Assembly (NCBI GenBank): GCA_040753955.1
Contig: JBFMDQ010000001.1
Span: 44,668 to 108,667, forward strand
Direction of reading: 5' to 3'
Source: Nitrospirota bacterium
Lineage (GTDB): Bacteria; Nitrospirota; Thermodesulfovibrionia; Thermodesulfovibrionales; SM23-35
Length of the DNA: 64,000 nucleotides
This document shows, piece after piece, positions 1-9,956 of the stretch (its first letter is position 1; every line of letters begins with the position of its first letter). The position numbers and the translations under genes are program-made. The notes under the pieces were generated by a model. It made no database searches and was not told the DNA's origin. It saw only the letters and a program-made list of their open reading frames with translations.

Positions 1-150
1 TATTGCTGTAATGCCTGTCTTATAGGTGCAATCTTCTGGAACGACGAGATCAATAAACCAATGATCTGTACCCACTGTGGTTATTGCGTTAATTTCTGTC
101 CTTATGGGGTGTTGAGATTAGAAAAAAAAGGAGGCGAAAAAAATGCTTAG
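1..150 (+). CDS. 4Fe-4S ferredoxin-type protein, C-terminal fragment (5' end outside window)
   Basis: Frame 1 is open from base 1 to TAG at 148-150: ...CNACLIGAIFWNDEINKPMICTHCGYCVNFCPYGVLRLEKK. It contains a CxxCxxCxxxCP cluster motif. Its stop overlaps the ATG of the downstream AOR gene (ATGCTTAG). Confidence 0.7.
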   Translation, partial: YCCNACLIGAIFWNDEINKPMICTHCGYCVNFCPYGVLRLEKKGGEKNA

Positions 151-1906
151 AGATGATCCTGTCGCAAATGTCCTTTATGTGGATCTATCAAAAAAAAGCT
201 TCCGGGTAGAGAGAAGAGAAGACATTTTTAGAAAATACATAGGTGGTGCCGGTGTTGCTACCCAGCTCCTGCATGAGGAGTGCCCCAGGGATTGTGATGC
301 CCTCGGCCCAGAAAACCCAATTGTTTTTGCCGTGGGACCAATGACAGCCTTATTCCCTCTCGCATCGAAAACCGTGGCTATGTTTAAATCGCCTCACAGC
401 AGGAATTTAGGCGAAAGTCATTGTGGTGGGCGGAGCGCAGTTGCTATGCGCATGGCTGGATACGGAGCTATTTTAATAAAAGGTGCTTGCGATACACCCC
501 TCTACCTTGCTGTTCACGGTAATCGGGTTTATTTCCGGGATGCCTCTTCCGTGTGGGGGATAGATACCGTCACGGTCGGCCGTATTATCAGGGAAAATGA
601 GCCTGGAGCAGGATTGAGAACAATTATGAGGATTGGCAAAGCAGGAGAGAGGCTTGTGCCATACTCTTGTGTTACTACAGAAACTTACAGGCATTTTGGC
701 AGGCTGGGCCTGGGGGCGGTCTTTGGAAGTAAAAAGCTCAAAGCAGTTGTGATCTCTGGCAAACGTTCACTACCCGTAACAGATATGAGGCAGTATCGGA
801 GGTTATACGATGAGATTTACCAGGCACTCATAACCACTTCAGCGATGAAGAAATATCATGAGCTTGGAACGGCTGACAATGTTCTGCCTTTAAATGAGAT
901 CGGCGGGCTTCCCACAAAGAATCTCAAGACAGCGAAATTTGAAAGGGCATCAGAGATTTCTGGTGAGGCATTTGCAGAGAAGTACCTTGGCAGGCGGCTT
1001 GCCTGCACTCACTGTCCTGTAGGATGTATACATATAGCAGCACTTAGGGAGCCTTATGAAGATGAGTCCTATTTTTATAAGACCTCCATGTTTTCCTATG
1101 ACTATGAACCTATCTATGCCTTAGGTTCCATGTTGGGTGGATCTGATACTAAAGGCATGTTAGGGTTAATGCATCAAATAGAGAAACTGGGGTTGGATGT
1201 GATGAGTAGTGGGGTAATTCTGGCCTGGGCCACAGAGGCACAAGAACGTGGTCTTATCTCTGAGAAAGAAACTAAAGGCATTAAGCTTAACTGGGGAGAT
1301 TATAGAACCTACATAGACGCTGTAAAACTTCTCGTTGAACAACCAAATGAATTTTTCAGGGCCCTCGCTCACGGAGTTAAACATGCAGCCTCCATATACG
1401 GCGGAGAAGATTTTGCCTTGTCTTTTGGAGGAAACGAGATGCCTGGATATCATACGGGACCCGCAGCACATATAGGTGTTTTGATTGGTGCAAGACACAG
1501 CCATCTGGACAATGCCGGCTATAGTATTGACCAGAAGGCCATTCTTGCCAAGAAACAGCTTGGTCCTGAGGAACTTGCTAAAGCACTATTAAGTGAGGAG
1601 CGTTGGCGTCAGATCCTATCTAGTCTTGTTGTATGTTTCTTCGCCAGAGGAATATATCAACCTGATATTGTCTCAAAGGCTCTCAGCGTAACAGGTTTTG
1701 ACCTTGCTCCAGAGGTTCTCCACCGGATAGGAGAAGAAATACATAAAGAGAAGTACAGGTTCAAGATCGGGGAAGGTTTTTCTCTGGATAACCTCTACCT
1801 GCCCAAGCGGATCTTTGAGACTCCTTCAGCCTCAGGTAAGCTGGATGAGAAATTTATTCGAGAGGCAATCGAACATTTTAAGAAGGCGATTTTTGTTGAA
1901 AGGTAG
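143..1906 (+). CDS. aor: aldehyde:ferredoxin oxidoreductase family (tungstopterin enzyme)
   Basis: 587-aa ORF with an AOR-type N-terminus (NVLYVDLSKKSF..YIGGAGVATQLL) and the [4Fe-4S] ligand region CTHCPVGC. It is translationally coupled to the upstream ferredoxin fragment. Confidence 0.9.
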   Translation: MLRDDPVANVLYVDLSKKSFRVERREDIFRKYIGGAGVATQLLHEECPRDCDALGPENPIVFAVGPMTALFPLASKTVAMFKSPHSRNLGESHCGGRSAVAMRMAGYGAILIKGACDTPLYLAVHGNRVYFRDASSVWGIDTVTVGRIIRENEPGAGLRTIMRIGKAGERLVPYSCVTTETYRHFGRLGLGAVFGSKKLKAVVISGKRSLPVTDMRQYRRLYDEIYQALITTSAMKKYHELGTADNVLPLNEIGGLPTKNLKTAKFERASEISGEAFAEKYLGRRLACTHCPVGCIHIAALREPYEDESYFYKTSMFSYDYEPIYALGSMLGGSDTKGMLGLMHQIEKLGLDVMSSGVILAWATEAQERGLISEKETKGIKLNWGDYRTYIDAVKLLVEQPNEFFRALAHGVKHAASIYGGEDFALSFGGNEMPGYHTGPAAHIGVLIGARHSHLDNAGYSIDQKAILAKKQLGPEELAKALLSEERWRQILSSLVVCFFARGIYQPDIVSKALSVTGFDLAPEVLHRIGEEIHKEKYRFKIGEGFSLDNLYLPKRIFETPSASGKLDEKFIREAIEHFKKAIFVER

Positions 1907-2019
1907 GATGCAGATGACATCCATAAATCATAAGACATCTTATCTAAAAAGCTTTTAAAAGCTTTATATGGTAAAATAATTTTGTGACCTACGACATTCA
2001 CCCCGCTCCACAGGAAGCT

Positions 2020-3495
2020 ATGGGTGTAGACCCATGGAGGAAACTGTCCCGAAGGGTATATCCCAAAGCAACCCCGAGATTGGTCGGGGTAAAGCTGTGG
2101 AGCGGGGTTCACGAAGAGTGTGGTATATTCGGGGTGTATGGGCATCCTGAGGCAGCAAATCTTACATACCTCGGACTATATGCACTTCAGCACAGGGGGC
2201 AGGAGGGCTCGGGCATATGCTCATCCGATGGAAGGCAGCTCTTTCTTGAAAAATCTAGGGGACTCGTTTCTGACATCTTCAACGAAAAAAGACTGAGAAG
2301 GCTTCCTGGCTATATTGCAATAGGACATAACAGATATTCTACAGCAGGAAGCAGTGTCCTGAGGAATGTCCAGCCCATGGTTGCAAACTTTGCCCTTGGC
2401 ACCCTTGCAATAGCACACAATGGAAACCTCGTCAATGCTTTAGAGCTCAGGGCATCCCTCGAGGATGAAGGGGCAATATTTCAGTCCTCTTCAGATAGTG
2501 AGGTTATTATCCATCTTATAGCCCATTCAAAAGGAGATGACTTCTATGAAAGGGTTCTACATGCGCTGAAACAGATAAGTGGTGCCTTCAGCCTTCTTAT
2601 ATTGAGGGAAAAAGAACTCATTGCAGTAAGGGACCCTTATGGTGTAAGGCCACTTTCTCTCGGTATGAAAGATGGTGCATATATTGTTGCATCTGAGACC
2701 TGTGCCTTTGACCTTATAGGGGCTGTTTATATAAGGGACATGGAGCCAGGGGAGGTTCTCATTATAGGGGAGGAGGGTTTGAGGTCTCTGAGGCTGCTGA
2801 ACAGTACGAGGAGGGCCTTCTGTGTATTCGAGTTCATCTATTTTTCGAGACCTGACAGCAATATATTTGGTGGGGTGAATGTGAATGAGATGAGGAAGGA
2901 ATTTGGGAGGCAACTTGCAAGGGAGTCTCACACCGAGGCAGACCTTGTTATACCTGTGCCTGACTCCGGGGTACCTGCAGCGATAGGTTTTTCGGAGGAA
3001 AGCAAGATACCATTTGATTTTGGCCTTATAAGGAACCATTATGTTGGGAGGACATTCATAGAGCCAAAGCATAGCATAAGGCACTTCGGTGTTAAGATAA
3101 AGCTCAACCCTGTAAGAAAGCTTCTTGAGGGGAAGAGGCTGGTTGTCATAGACGACTCAATAGTGAGGGGGACAACAAGCAAGAAGATAGTGAAGATGCT
3201 GAAGGAAGGAGGGGGTGCAAAGGAGGTACATCTGAAGATAAGCTCTCCTCCTACAATCGGGCCATGCTTTTACGGTATAGACACACCTACGAGGAAGGAG
3301 CTCATTGCATCCACTCATCTCATTGAGGAGGTCCGGAAATACATAACTGCTGATTCCCTGGCCTATTTAAGCCTCCAGGGGCTCAAAAAGATAATCCCCG
3401 ATCCTCAAGATTACTGTACTGCCTGTTTTGATAACGACTACCCCCTTAGTTTCCCTGGAGAACACCTCGAGCAGATGGAATTGTTATTCAGGTAA
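2020..3495 (+). CDS. purF: amidophosphoribosyltransferase
   Basis: Catalytic N-terminal Cys motif CGIFGVYGH (TGT at 2119) and PRPP-binding [17 protein letters not shown]. The start is uncertain: the ORF track gives GTG 1984, ATG 2020 follows AGGA, and TTG 2080 is in frame. All leave a propeptide before Cys. Confidence 0.9.
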   Translation: MGVDPWRKLSRRVYPKATPRLVGVKLWSGVHEECGIFGVYGHPEAANLTYLGLYALQHRGQEGSGICSSDGRQLFLEKSRGLVSDIFNEKRLRRLPGYIAIGHNRYSTAGSSVLRNVQPMVANFALGTLAIAHNGNLVNALELRASLEDEGAIFQSSSDSEVIIHLIAHSKGDDFYERVLHALKQISGAFSLLILREKELIAVRDPYGVRPLSLGMKDGAYIVASETCAFDLIGAVYIRDMEPGEVLIIGEEGLRSLRLLNSTRRAFCVFEFIYFSRPDSNIFGGVNVNEMRKEFGRQLARESHTEADLVIPVPDSGVPAAIGFSEESKIPFDFGLIRNHYVGRTFIEPKHSIRHFGVKIKLNPVRKLLEGKRLVVIDDSIVRGTTSKKIVKMLKEGGGAKEVHLKISSPPTIGPCFYGIDTPTRKELIASTHLIEEVRKYITADSLAYLSLQGLKKIIPDPQDYCTACFDNDYPLSFPGEHLEQMELLFR

Positions 3496-3501
3496 GAACA
3501 G

Positions 3502-4638
3502 GTGATAACTTCACCACTGAGGGACATATTCAGGATTAATCTCGGTGTAAAAAAACACGAGAGGGTTCTTCTATTTACTGACAGGCCTTCAGAAGAGGAG
3601 ATAGATGAATCAGATAAAGAGCGAAGGTTGAAGTTAAGATGTCTCTCTATATTTGCTGCCGAGATAGGCAAGAATTTCTGTAAGACAGTCCTGTTCCATG
3701 AGTATCCTGCTACAGGCAGTCATGGCGCAGAACCACCAGAAGAACTCTGGGAACCTGCCTTCGGGAGGAAGGCGGTTAAGGCCTTAAAGAAAGAGGGGCT
3801 CCTTCTTCCTATTCTTATGAAGGATGTAAAGGATAGTGATATGAAAAGGGCAGAAGACATCATCAGAAGGCATAAAAATAATGCCGTGAACTGTGTGATT
3901 GCCCTTTCAAATTATTCCACGAGCCATACGAGTTTCAGGGATTTCCTGACAAGGATTTGCGGCTGCCGATATGCGAGCATGCCTCTCTTTGATATCTCGA
4001 TGCTCGAGTGTGCCATGAATGTTGACTGGAAGGCCCTCGCAAAAAGGACGAGAGGGCTTGCAAGGGAAGTAAACAAGGCTGAGTTTATAGAAGTAAAGAC
4101 CTTAAATGGCTCCTACATCTCTTTCTCAAAAAGGGGAAGGAGGGCAAAATCGGATACAGGGATTCTTACAAGACCAGGCTCTTTTGGCAACCTTCCAGCG
4201 GGTGAGGTCTTCCTCGCACCCTTAGAAGGGACAGCCAAAGGCAGACTCATCCTCGAGTGGGCTTCAACAAGGCGGCTTAAATCTCCCATAACCCTTACTG
4301 TTAAGGACGGCTATGTCGTGGATATTGAGGGTGAAGATGAGTATGCTGAATATCTTAGAGCAAAACTTTATGGAAAGAAAGAAAATGGAAACATTGCCGA
4401 GTTTGGCATAGGCACGAATGACCATGCAACGAGGCCGAACAATATCCTTGAGTCAGAAAAGATCCTTGGAACCATACATATAGCCCTCGGCGACAACAGC
4501 TCCTTTGGCGGAAAAATCAAAACACCTTTTCATCAGGACTTCGTTTTTTTTAAGCCAACGGTGAAATTAATTCATAAGGATAGTAGCAAAAATACTATTC
4601 TTAAGTCGGGTAGACTCCTCTGCAGGGAGTGTATATGA
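3502..4638 (+). CDS. aminopeptidase, M29 (AmpS/PepS)-like
   Basis: 378-aa ORF with M29-like metal-ligand regions EFGIGTN, HIALGDN and HQDFVF. It starts 7 nt after purF and overlaps the mqnD start (ATGA). Confidence 0.6.
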   Translation: MITSPLRDIFRINLGVKKHERVLLFTDRPSEEEIDESDKERRLKLRCLSIFAAEIGKNFCKTVLFHEYPATGSHGAEPPEELWEPAFGRKAVKALKKEGLLLPILMKDVKDSDMKRAEDIIRRHKNNAVNCVIALSNYSTSHTSFRDFLTRICGCRYASMPLFDISMLECAMNVDWKALAKRTRGLAREVNKAEFIEVKTLNGSYISFSKRGRRAKSDTGILTRPGSFGNLPAGEVFLAPLEGTAKGRLILEWASTRRLKSPITLTVKDGYVVDIEGEDEYAEYLRAKLYGKKENGNIAEFGIGTNDHATRPNNILESEKILGTIHIALGDNSSFGGKIKTPFHQDFVFFKPTVKLIHKDSSKNTILKSGRLLCRECI

Positions 4639-5522
4639 GAACCCTTTCCCTCGGCTATTCACCATGCCCCAATGATACTTTTATATTCTATGCCCTCGTC
4701 CGCGGGAAAATCGATACAGAGGATATAGGTTTCAAAGAGGCCCTGCTGGATGTTGAGACCCTTAATCAGATGGCTTTGTGCTCCGAACTCGATATTACAA
4801 AGATTTCATATCATGCCTTCGGCCATCTCCGTGAAGACTACTGCCTCCTCCGCTCTGGGAGCGCAATAGGCAGAGGCTGTGGGCCTCTGGTAGTTGCAAA
4901 GGAGGACTACACCGTGAAGGACTTAAGGGAGAAAAGGACAGCAATCCCTGGCAGGCTTACAACGGCAAATCTGCTTTTACAGCTATTTTCTTCAACCTTC
5001 AACCTTCAATCTTCAAATTCCCCCTTACCCCCCTTTACTAAAGGGGGGCAGGGGGGGATTATCGAAATGCCATTTAGTAAGATTATGGATGCAGTTGTGA
5101 AGGGAGATGTGGACGCAGGACTGATAATCCATGAAGGAAGATTTACCTATCCTTCTTACGGCTTGAAGAAAGTTTTAGACCTCGGCGAGTGGTGGGAGAA
5201 TGATACAGGGTTACCTGTACCCCTCGGCGGTGTACTTGCTAAGAGGAATCTGGGAAAAGACCTGATAAAGAGGGCCGATTCAGTTATAGGAAAGAGTATT
5301 GAGTATGCATTTAAACATAGGGATGAGCCAAAGTTCTATATAAAACAGCATTCCCAGGAACTCGAAGAGGAAGTGATAGAGCAGCATATAAATTTATATG
5401 TGAATGATTATTCTTTAGATATTGGTGAGGAAGGGTTATCAGCCGTTAGAGAGCTTCTCAGAAAGGCGGAAATGAGAGGAATTATCAAAGAATCGAGGAA
5501 TGAGTTTTTATGCGTTACGTAA
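4635..5522 (+). CDS. mqnD: 1,4-dihydroxy-6-naphthoate synthase (futalosine pathway)
   Basis: N-terminus RTLSLGYSPCPNDTFIFYAL..LDVETLN..DITKISYHAF is typical of MqnD (VitK2_biosynth family). ATG 4635 follows GGGAG. The gene carries a repeat-derived in-frame insertion at 4991-5060. Confidence 0.8.
   Translation: MRTLSLGYSPCPNDTFIFYALVRGKIDTEDIGFKEALLDVETLNQMALCSELDITKISYHAFGHLREDYCLLRSGSAIGRGCGPLVVAKEDYTVKDLREKRTAIPGRLTTANLLLQLFSSTFNLQSSNSPLPPFTKGGQGGIIEMPFSKIMDAVVKGDVDAGLIIHEGRFTYPSYGLKKVLDLGEWWENDTGLPVPLGGVLAKRNLGKDLIKRADSVIGKSIEYAFKHRDEPKFYIKQHSQELEEEVIEQHINLYVNDYSLDIGEEGLSAVRELLRKAEMRGIIKESRNEFLCVT
4991..5060. repeat. composite repeat inside mqnD: 4 x heptamer TTCAAYC (4991-5018) plus C-run/G-run hairpin element (5017-5060)
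   Basis: ttcaacc ttcaacc ttcaatc ttcaaat, followed by attcccccttacccccctttactaaaggggggcagggggggatt (imperfect palindrome). Read in frame as STFNLQSSNSPLPPFTKGGQGGI. Confidence 0.85.
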
Positions 5523-7390
5523 TCCTCGGGACTGCAGGCCACATAGATCATGGTAAGAGTGCCCTCGTAAAGGCCCTGACAGGAATAGACCCTGACAGAC
5601 TTAAGGAGGAGAAGGAGAGGGGTATCACGATTGACCTCGGTTTTGCAGACCTCAGTTATCCTGATGGCCTTACTATTGGGATCGTCGATGTGCCGGGACA
5701 TGAGAGGCTCGTCAGGAACATGCTTGCAGGTGCAGGCGGGATAGACCTCGTGCTTCTCGTGATTGCCGCTGATGAAGGTATCATGCCACAGAGTCGCGAG
5801 CATTTATATATATGTGATCTTCTGAAGATCAAATCAGGTCTCATTGCGATCACAAAGGCAGATCTTGTAGAGAATGAATGGCTTGAACTTATGAAGGATG
5901 AAGTGAGGGACTTTGTAAAAGATACATTCCTCGAGGAGGCACCGATAGTGCCTGTTTCATCAAAAACGATGTTTAATATAGATCTCCTTAAAAAAGAGAT
6001 AAGAGGTGGAGCATTAAGGGTCGAACCGAAGCCAGCGAAAGGTCTTTTCAGGCTTCCCATAGATAGGGTTTTTACGCTAAAGGGATTTGGAACTGTTGTT
6101 ACAGGGACTGCTTTATCTGGTAGCATTTCCGTTGACGATGCTGTGGAAATACTTCCGAGCAATATCAAGAGCAGGGTTCGCGGGCTCCACAGCCATGGCA
6201 GACCCATACAAACGGCGTATGCAGGGCAGAGGGTTGCGATAAATCTTCAGGGAGTCGAGAAAGAGGAATTGAAAAGGGGAGATTCTGTTGTCATGCCAGG
6301 AAGACTTATTCCTACAAAGACGATTGATGCAAAGATAGAACTCCTCCGGGATGCGCCAGCCCTTAAGCGTAAAGACCCTGTCCATCTCCATCTCGGCACA
6401 TCGGAGACCATTGCAAGGGTTATCCTCTACGGCAGGGATGAACTCAAACCAGGCGGTAGTTGCTACTGCCAGTTCAGGCTTCAAGATGCAGTTATATCCA
6501 TGTCTGGAGACAGATATATCATAAGGAGGTTTTCCCCCGTCGAGACAATTGGTGGAGGGGAAGTCTTCGACCCTTCTCCACCGAGGAGGAGACATAGGGA
6601 AGGGGCTGAAGCCCTGATAGCATTTGAGAAAGGTAGCCTTAATGATAAGATTTCTTTAAAGGTACAACAGTCAGGGCTTTACGGTATTTCTACAATGGCT
6701 ATTGAGGGGTGGATAAAGGCTGAAACACTTTTAATAAAAGAATCTATAGAGATACTCAGAAGAAAGGGGATCCTGCTAAATGTAGAAGATGTACTTATTC
6801 ACAAGACCTTTTTCGATTCTTTCAGGGAAAAGGTTCTTCAGACCCTGAAGGATTTCCATGCGAAAAACCCTTTGAAACCCGGAATGCCTAAAGAGGAACT
6901 CAGAGCCACACTAAATATAGGACCTAGACTTTTCACTGGACTGATCACATCCCTCAAAGATGTTGTTATGGAGAGGGAGATAATCCGTCTCGGTACCTTC
7001 AGTACAATCTTATCCCAAGCAGAGGAGACACTGAAGGCTAAGATACTGGAGCTCCTGCAGGAAAATGGATTTCAACCTCCGACTAAGGAAGAATTGGCTC
7101 AATCTCTCAAGCTGGATCAGAAACATCTATCAGATATCTTGAAACTCATGGTGAAAGAGGGGAGTCTCGTGAGAATTAGTGATTCCATGTATTTGACTAC
7201 CACTGTCTATAATAAGATGATCGAGACCCTCAAAAATTTTTTCAGCAAAAAGTCTGAAATGACGGTAGCAGAATTCAGAGACATCCTCGGTACAACAAGA
7301 AAGTATGCCCTTCCCTTTTTGGAATACCTTGATTCAAACAAGATTACACTCAGGGTTGGGGATATAAGGAAGCTCCTGCTCAGGTTCTAA
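5510..7390 (+). CDS. selB: selenocysteine-specific translation elongation factor
   Basis: 626-aa ORF with G domain [21 protein letters not shown], an EF-Tu-like domain II, and a long C-terminal winged-helix extension typical of SelB. Overlaps the mqnD stop. Confidence 0.9.
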   Translation: MRYVILGTAGHIDHGKSALVKALTGIDPDRLKEEKERGITIDLGFADLSYPDGLTIGIVDVPGHERLVRNMLAGAGGIDLVLLVIAADEGIMPQSREHLYICDLLKIKSGLIAITKADLVENEWLELMKDEVRDFVKDTFLEEAPIVPVSSKTMFNIDLLKKEIRGGALRVEPKPAKGLFRLPIDRVFTLKGFGTVVTGTALSGSISVDDAVEILPSNIKSRVRGLHSHGRPIQTAYAGQRVAINLQGVEKEELKRGDSVVMPGRLIPTKTIDAKIELLRDAPALKRKDPVHLHLGTSETIARVILYGRDELKPGGSCYCQFRLQDAVISMSGDRYIIRRFSPVETIGGGEVFDPSPPRRRHREGAEALIAFEKGSLNDKISLKVQQSGLYGISTMAIEGWIKAETLLIKESIEILRRKGILLNVEDVLIHKTFFDSFREKVLQTLKDFHAKNPLKPGMPKEELRATLNIGPRLFTGLITSLKDVVMEREIIRLGTFSTILSQAEETLKAKILELLQENGFQPPTKEELAQSLKLDQKHLSDILKLMVKEGSLVRISDSMYLTTTVYNKMIETLKNFFSKKSEMTVAEFRDILGTTRKYALPFLEYLDSNKITLRVGDIRKLLLRF

Positions 7391-7965
7391 TCTGTTCCGC
7401 TTATTATCCTTTTTGCCTTAAGGAATTCCCTATTTTTTACGGACTCGAGATAGATTCTTACAAGGTTAAGGACGTTCTTGTAAAGGAGAAAGTTTGAAGA
7501 GAGTTCAAGGAATAACTCCTTTTGGCTGAATTTCGAGGCTATCTGATAAGACCTCTTGCCTTGCAACAAATAACATTCAAAAAGGCTTGCACCTGGGATG
7601 ATTATACTGCCCAAGATAAACTCCTTCCCCCTCTTTCTGGATAGGGCTTCAGGGAACATGCCGAGCATAAAAAGGGTATAGTCTCCAATGTGTTTGTGAA
7701 CCTGAAATTCCCTTGAGAAACTTGGTGCATTAAGCAGCACATCCCCTTCATAGAGCAGGTCTGCTATATCTTCGAGGGTCCTTCCTGATGCATCTTTAAT
7801 TTTACAGAGGTTATCTACATGGATAAATTCACATAAAACCTGATCTTCTATGTAGTCCACGACCTCAGTCTTCTCTGAGGGATTAAATCTGAGTCCAAAG
7901 TCCAGAGCCCTTTTGAAAAGCCTTCTGAGAGGGTGTCCTGGGTCAATATTTGTCTTTCTTAGCAT
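7387..7965 (-). CDS. hypothetical protein (no family recognised)
   Basis: 192-aa ORF of non-repetitive composition. Its TAG stop overlaps the selB TAA on the opposite strand (cTAa). Confidence 0.5.
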   Translation of the reverse strand: MLRKTNIDPGHPLRRLFKRALDFGLRFNPSEKTEVVDYIEDQVLCEFIHVDNLCKIKDASGRTLEDIADLLYEGDVLLNAPSFSREFQVHKHIGDYTLFMLGMFPEALSRKRGKEFILGSIIIPGASLFECYLLQGKRSYQIASKFSQKELFLELSSNFLLYKNVLNLVRIYLESVKNREFLKAKRIISGTD

Positions 7966-8149
7966 AAAATCTTTTATCCCTTTTGACTATGGAGCCTAGC
8001 ACAGGACTGTACTACCTTTACCCCTTCTAACGTAAGTCTATTTAAATCACTTGAGGGCTGTCAAGTACGTCTCTTGTGCCGTTTTACTTGAGGTAATAGA
8101 GGAGATATGATGTATATTAAGAAAAAATTTATATTAAGGAAGCTTATTA

Positions 8150-8854
8150 ATGAGGGTTTTGGCTACATTCGTTTCTACCTTTTTAGTCTTTATGTTTCCA
8201 GCCAAGGCACTGTCAGATATAATCGTCCACGACATTGTTGTTCCCATAGGCGAGGAGGTTATGCTCAGGGCTGAAATAAAAGGAAGATTCTTCAGCAAAG
8301 GTGGTGAGGTCGTAGAGTTCTTCGCCAATGGAAAACCTATTGGGAGAAGTCTTTCAGGCTTGGATGGTTTTGCCTTCAGACAGTTTATTCCGCCCAAAAC
8401 CGGCATATATCAAATAAAAGCGAGGGCAGGCAAGGACGAAGGTAAGGGATTACTCCTCTCCCTCAGGAGGGGCTCGAGGATTGTCTTTGTTGATGTAGAA
8501 GGTAGCCTGTTCGAGAGGTTTTCGAATAAGCCGAGGCACGGGAGCCAGAAAGTGATGAAAGATCTCCACAGAAGATTCCCAGTTGTCCTTCTCCAAACAG
8601 GGCTCCTGAACATAAAGTCCATAAAGGCATGGTTAAAGAAGAATGGATTCATAGAGTTACCCTTGATTCCCTGGAAACAGGGTGCGGTATTCAGTGAGTT
8701 TAATGAAAAGGGATTCAAAATCAAGGCAGTAATAGGAAGCAAAGATGTGATCGATTCTGCAAAGGAATACAAACCTCTTGCCCTTAGCTTCGAAGAGACA
8801 GAGGATGCAGTAGAAGTAAGGGATTGGGAGGAGATTAGAAAAAAGCTGAAGTGA
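8150..8854 (+). CDS. hypothetical secreted protein
   Basis: 234-aa ORF with a signal-peptide-like N-terminus (MRVLATFVSTFLVFMFPAKALS) and AAGGAAG upstream of the ATG. No family recognised. Confidence 0.55.
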   Translation: MRVLATFVSTFLVFMFPAKALSDIIVHDIVVPIGEEVMLRAEIKGRFFSKGGEVVEFFANGKPIGRSLSGLDGFAFRQFIPPKTGIYQIKARAGKDEGKGLLLSLRRGSRIVFVDVEGSLFERFSNKPRHGSQKVMKDLHRRFPVVLLQTGLLNIKSIKAWLKKNGFIELPLIPWKQGAVFSEFNEKGFKIKAVIGSKDVIDSAKEYKPLALSFEETEDAVEVRDWEEIRKKLK

Positions 8855-8930
8855 TTGACAGGACTACTGTTAAAGATGGATAATTGAATATGTCTCAGAG
8901 ATATAACTTTAAACTTTTCACTGTTGTTAC

Positions 8931-9007
8931 GCCCCCTTAGCTCAGTAGGATAGAGCACAGGTTTCCTAAACCTGGTGTCGCAGGTTCGATTCCTGCAGGG
9001 GGTACCA
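8931..9007 (+). tRNA. tRNA-Arg (anticodon CCT), CCA encoded
   Basis: Cloverleaf folded by hand: acceptor gccccct/agggggt, D arm gctc..gagc, anticodon stem caggt/acctg with loop ttCCTaa, T arm gcagg-ttcgatt-cctgc, then ACCA. Confidence 0.95.
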
Positions 9008-9059
9008 CTCCTCAATCCTGTTGCACTCACCCGAGATTTTCCCGTAATATACAGCAATC

Positions 9060-9845
9060 ATGAAGATCCAAGTTCTCAGAAACATTGGCAGAAGGCTTCT
9101 TAAGGAAATTCCAACCATGAGGCTTAGACCGTATACTCAAATGGTTATTGGTGTTGGTGCAGCAGGCGATAAGACCTTCCTTATAGATAAAAGGGCAGAA
9201 GAGATTATTATCTCTGGTCTTGATGAGTCAGGGGAAGCCTTAACACTTATCTCTGAAGAGATTGGTATAAAGAACATAAAAGGCGGAGGTAAGAAGATTC
9301 TTATAGACCCCATTGATGGTAGCAAGAATGCAATCTCGGGAATCCCTTTTTACTGTACATCCGTTGCAGTTGTAGATGGAAATACCTTTGGGGATATCGA
9401 ACTCGCATATGTTGTGAACCTCATAAACGGTGATGAGTTCTGGGCAGAGAAGGGCAAGGGCGCATTCTTAAATAGTAAGAGGATATATACACAAAGGGAC
9501 GACGAATTTTATCTTATTGCATACGAGGCGCAGTTCCCTTACAAAGACATCCTCCGGATCATGCCACTTCTTTCAAAATCAAGAAAAACCCGATGTCTCG
9601 GTGCTACCGCACTTGACCTTGCATACCTTGCCTTTGGTGCAATCAGCATCTTTGTCACCCCATCCCTTTCGAGGGGCTTTGACTTCGCAAGTGGCTATCT
9701 GCTTGTGAGGGAGGCCGGAGGGATATTTACGGATATTGAAGGTAATACCATCGAGACCTTCGAAGTCAGCCTTAAAAAAGGTTCCTCACTCCTCGCATCA
9801 GGAAATAAAAGACTCCACGAAAAGGCCTTGAGACTCCTGAGGTAA
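9060..9845 (+). CDS. inositol monophosphatase / fructose-1,6-bisphosphatase family (archaeal MJ0109-like)
   Basis: Metal-binding motifs LISEE and IDPIDGSKN, and a C-terminal GGIFTD motif. 261 aa. Confidence 0.8.
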   Translation: MKIQVLRNIGRRLLKEIPTMRLRPYTQMVIGVGAAGDKTFLIDKRAEEIIISGLDESGEALTLISEEIGIKNIKGGGKKILIDPIDGSKNAISGIPFYCTSVAVVDGNTFGDIELAYVVNLINGDEFWAEKGKGAFLNSKRIYTQRDDEFYLIAYEAQFPYKDILRIMPLLSKSRKTRCLGATALDLAYLAFGAISIFVTPSLSRGFDFASGYLLVREAGGIFTDIEGNTIETFEVSLKKGSSLLASGNKRLHEKALRLLR

Positions 9846-9846
9846 A

Positions 9847-9874
9847 CCCCGCACCAAAAGTTTTTGGTGCGGGG
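9847..9874. terminator. 13-bp stem hairpin between convergent genes (no external U-tract)
   Basis: ccccgcaccaaaa-gt-ttttggtgcgggg, starting 2 nt after the stop of the IMPase-family gene. The A/T run lies next to the loop rather than outside the stem, so terminator function is uncertain. Confidence 0.35.
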
Positions 9875-9956
9875 TAAATAGTTCGGTACATAGGCAGGAT
9901 ACAGCATTTCATCGGTTGTAATATTTAAATCAAGGACGGTATATTTGGATCGTACA

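Noticed and set aside
1907-2019. Regulatory RNA or terminator upstream of purF (aaaaagcttttaaaagcttt palindromic words)
   Set aside because: It is AT-only, has a short stem, and lacks the GC-rich hairpin or conserved riboswitch core I would recognise. Evidence is insufficient.
8931-9007. Integrated mobile element or genomic island at tRNA-Arg (also considered for tRNA-Leu, 31564-31649)
   Set aside because: No integrase, no duplicated tRNA 3' segment (att-like direct repeat) anywhere in the window, and the flanking genes are ordinary housekeeping genes.
8410-9057. 215-aa minus-strand ORF
   Set aside because: It is antisense to the 8150-8854 ORF and runs straight through tRNA-Arg (8931-9007). 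No motifs and a skewed Ser/Leu/Phe composition mark it as a shadow ORF.
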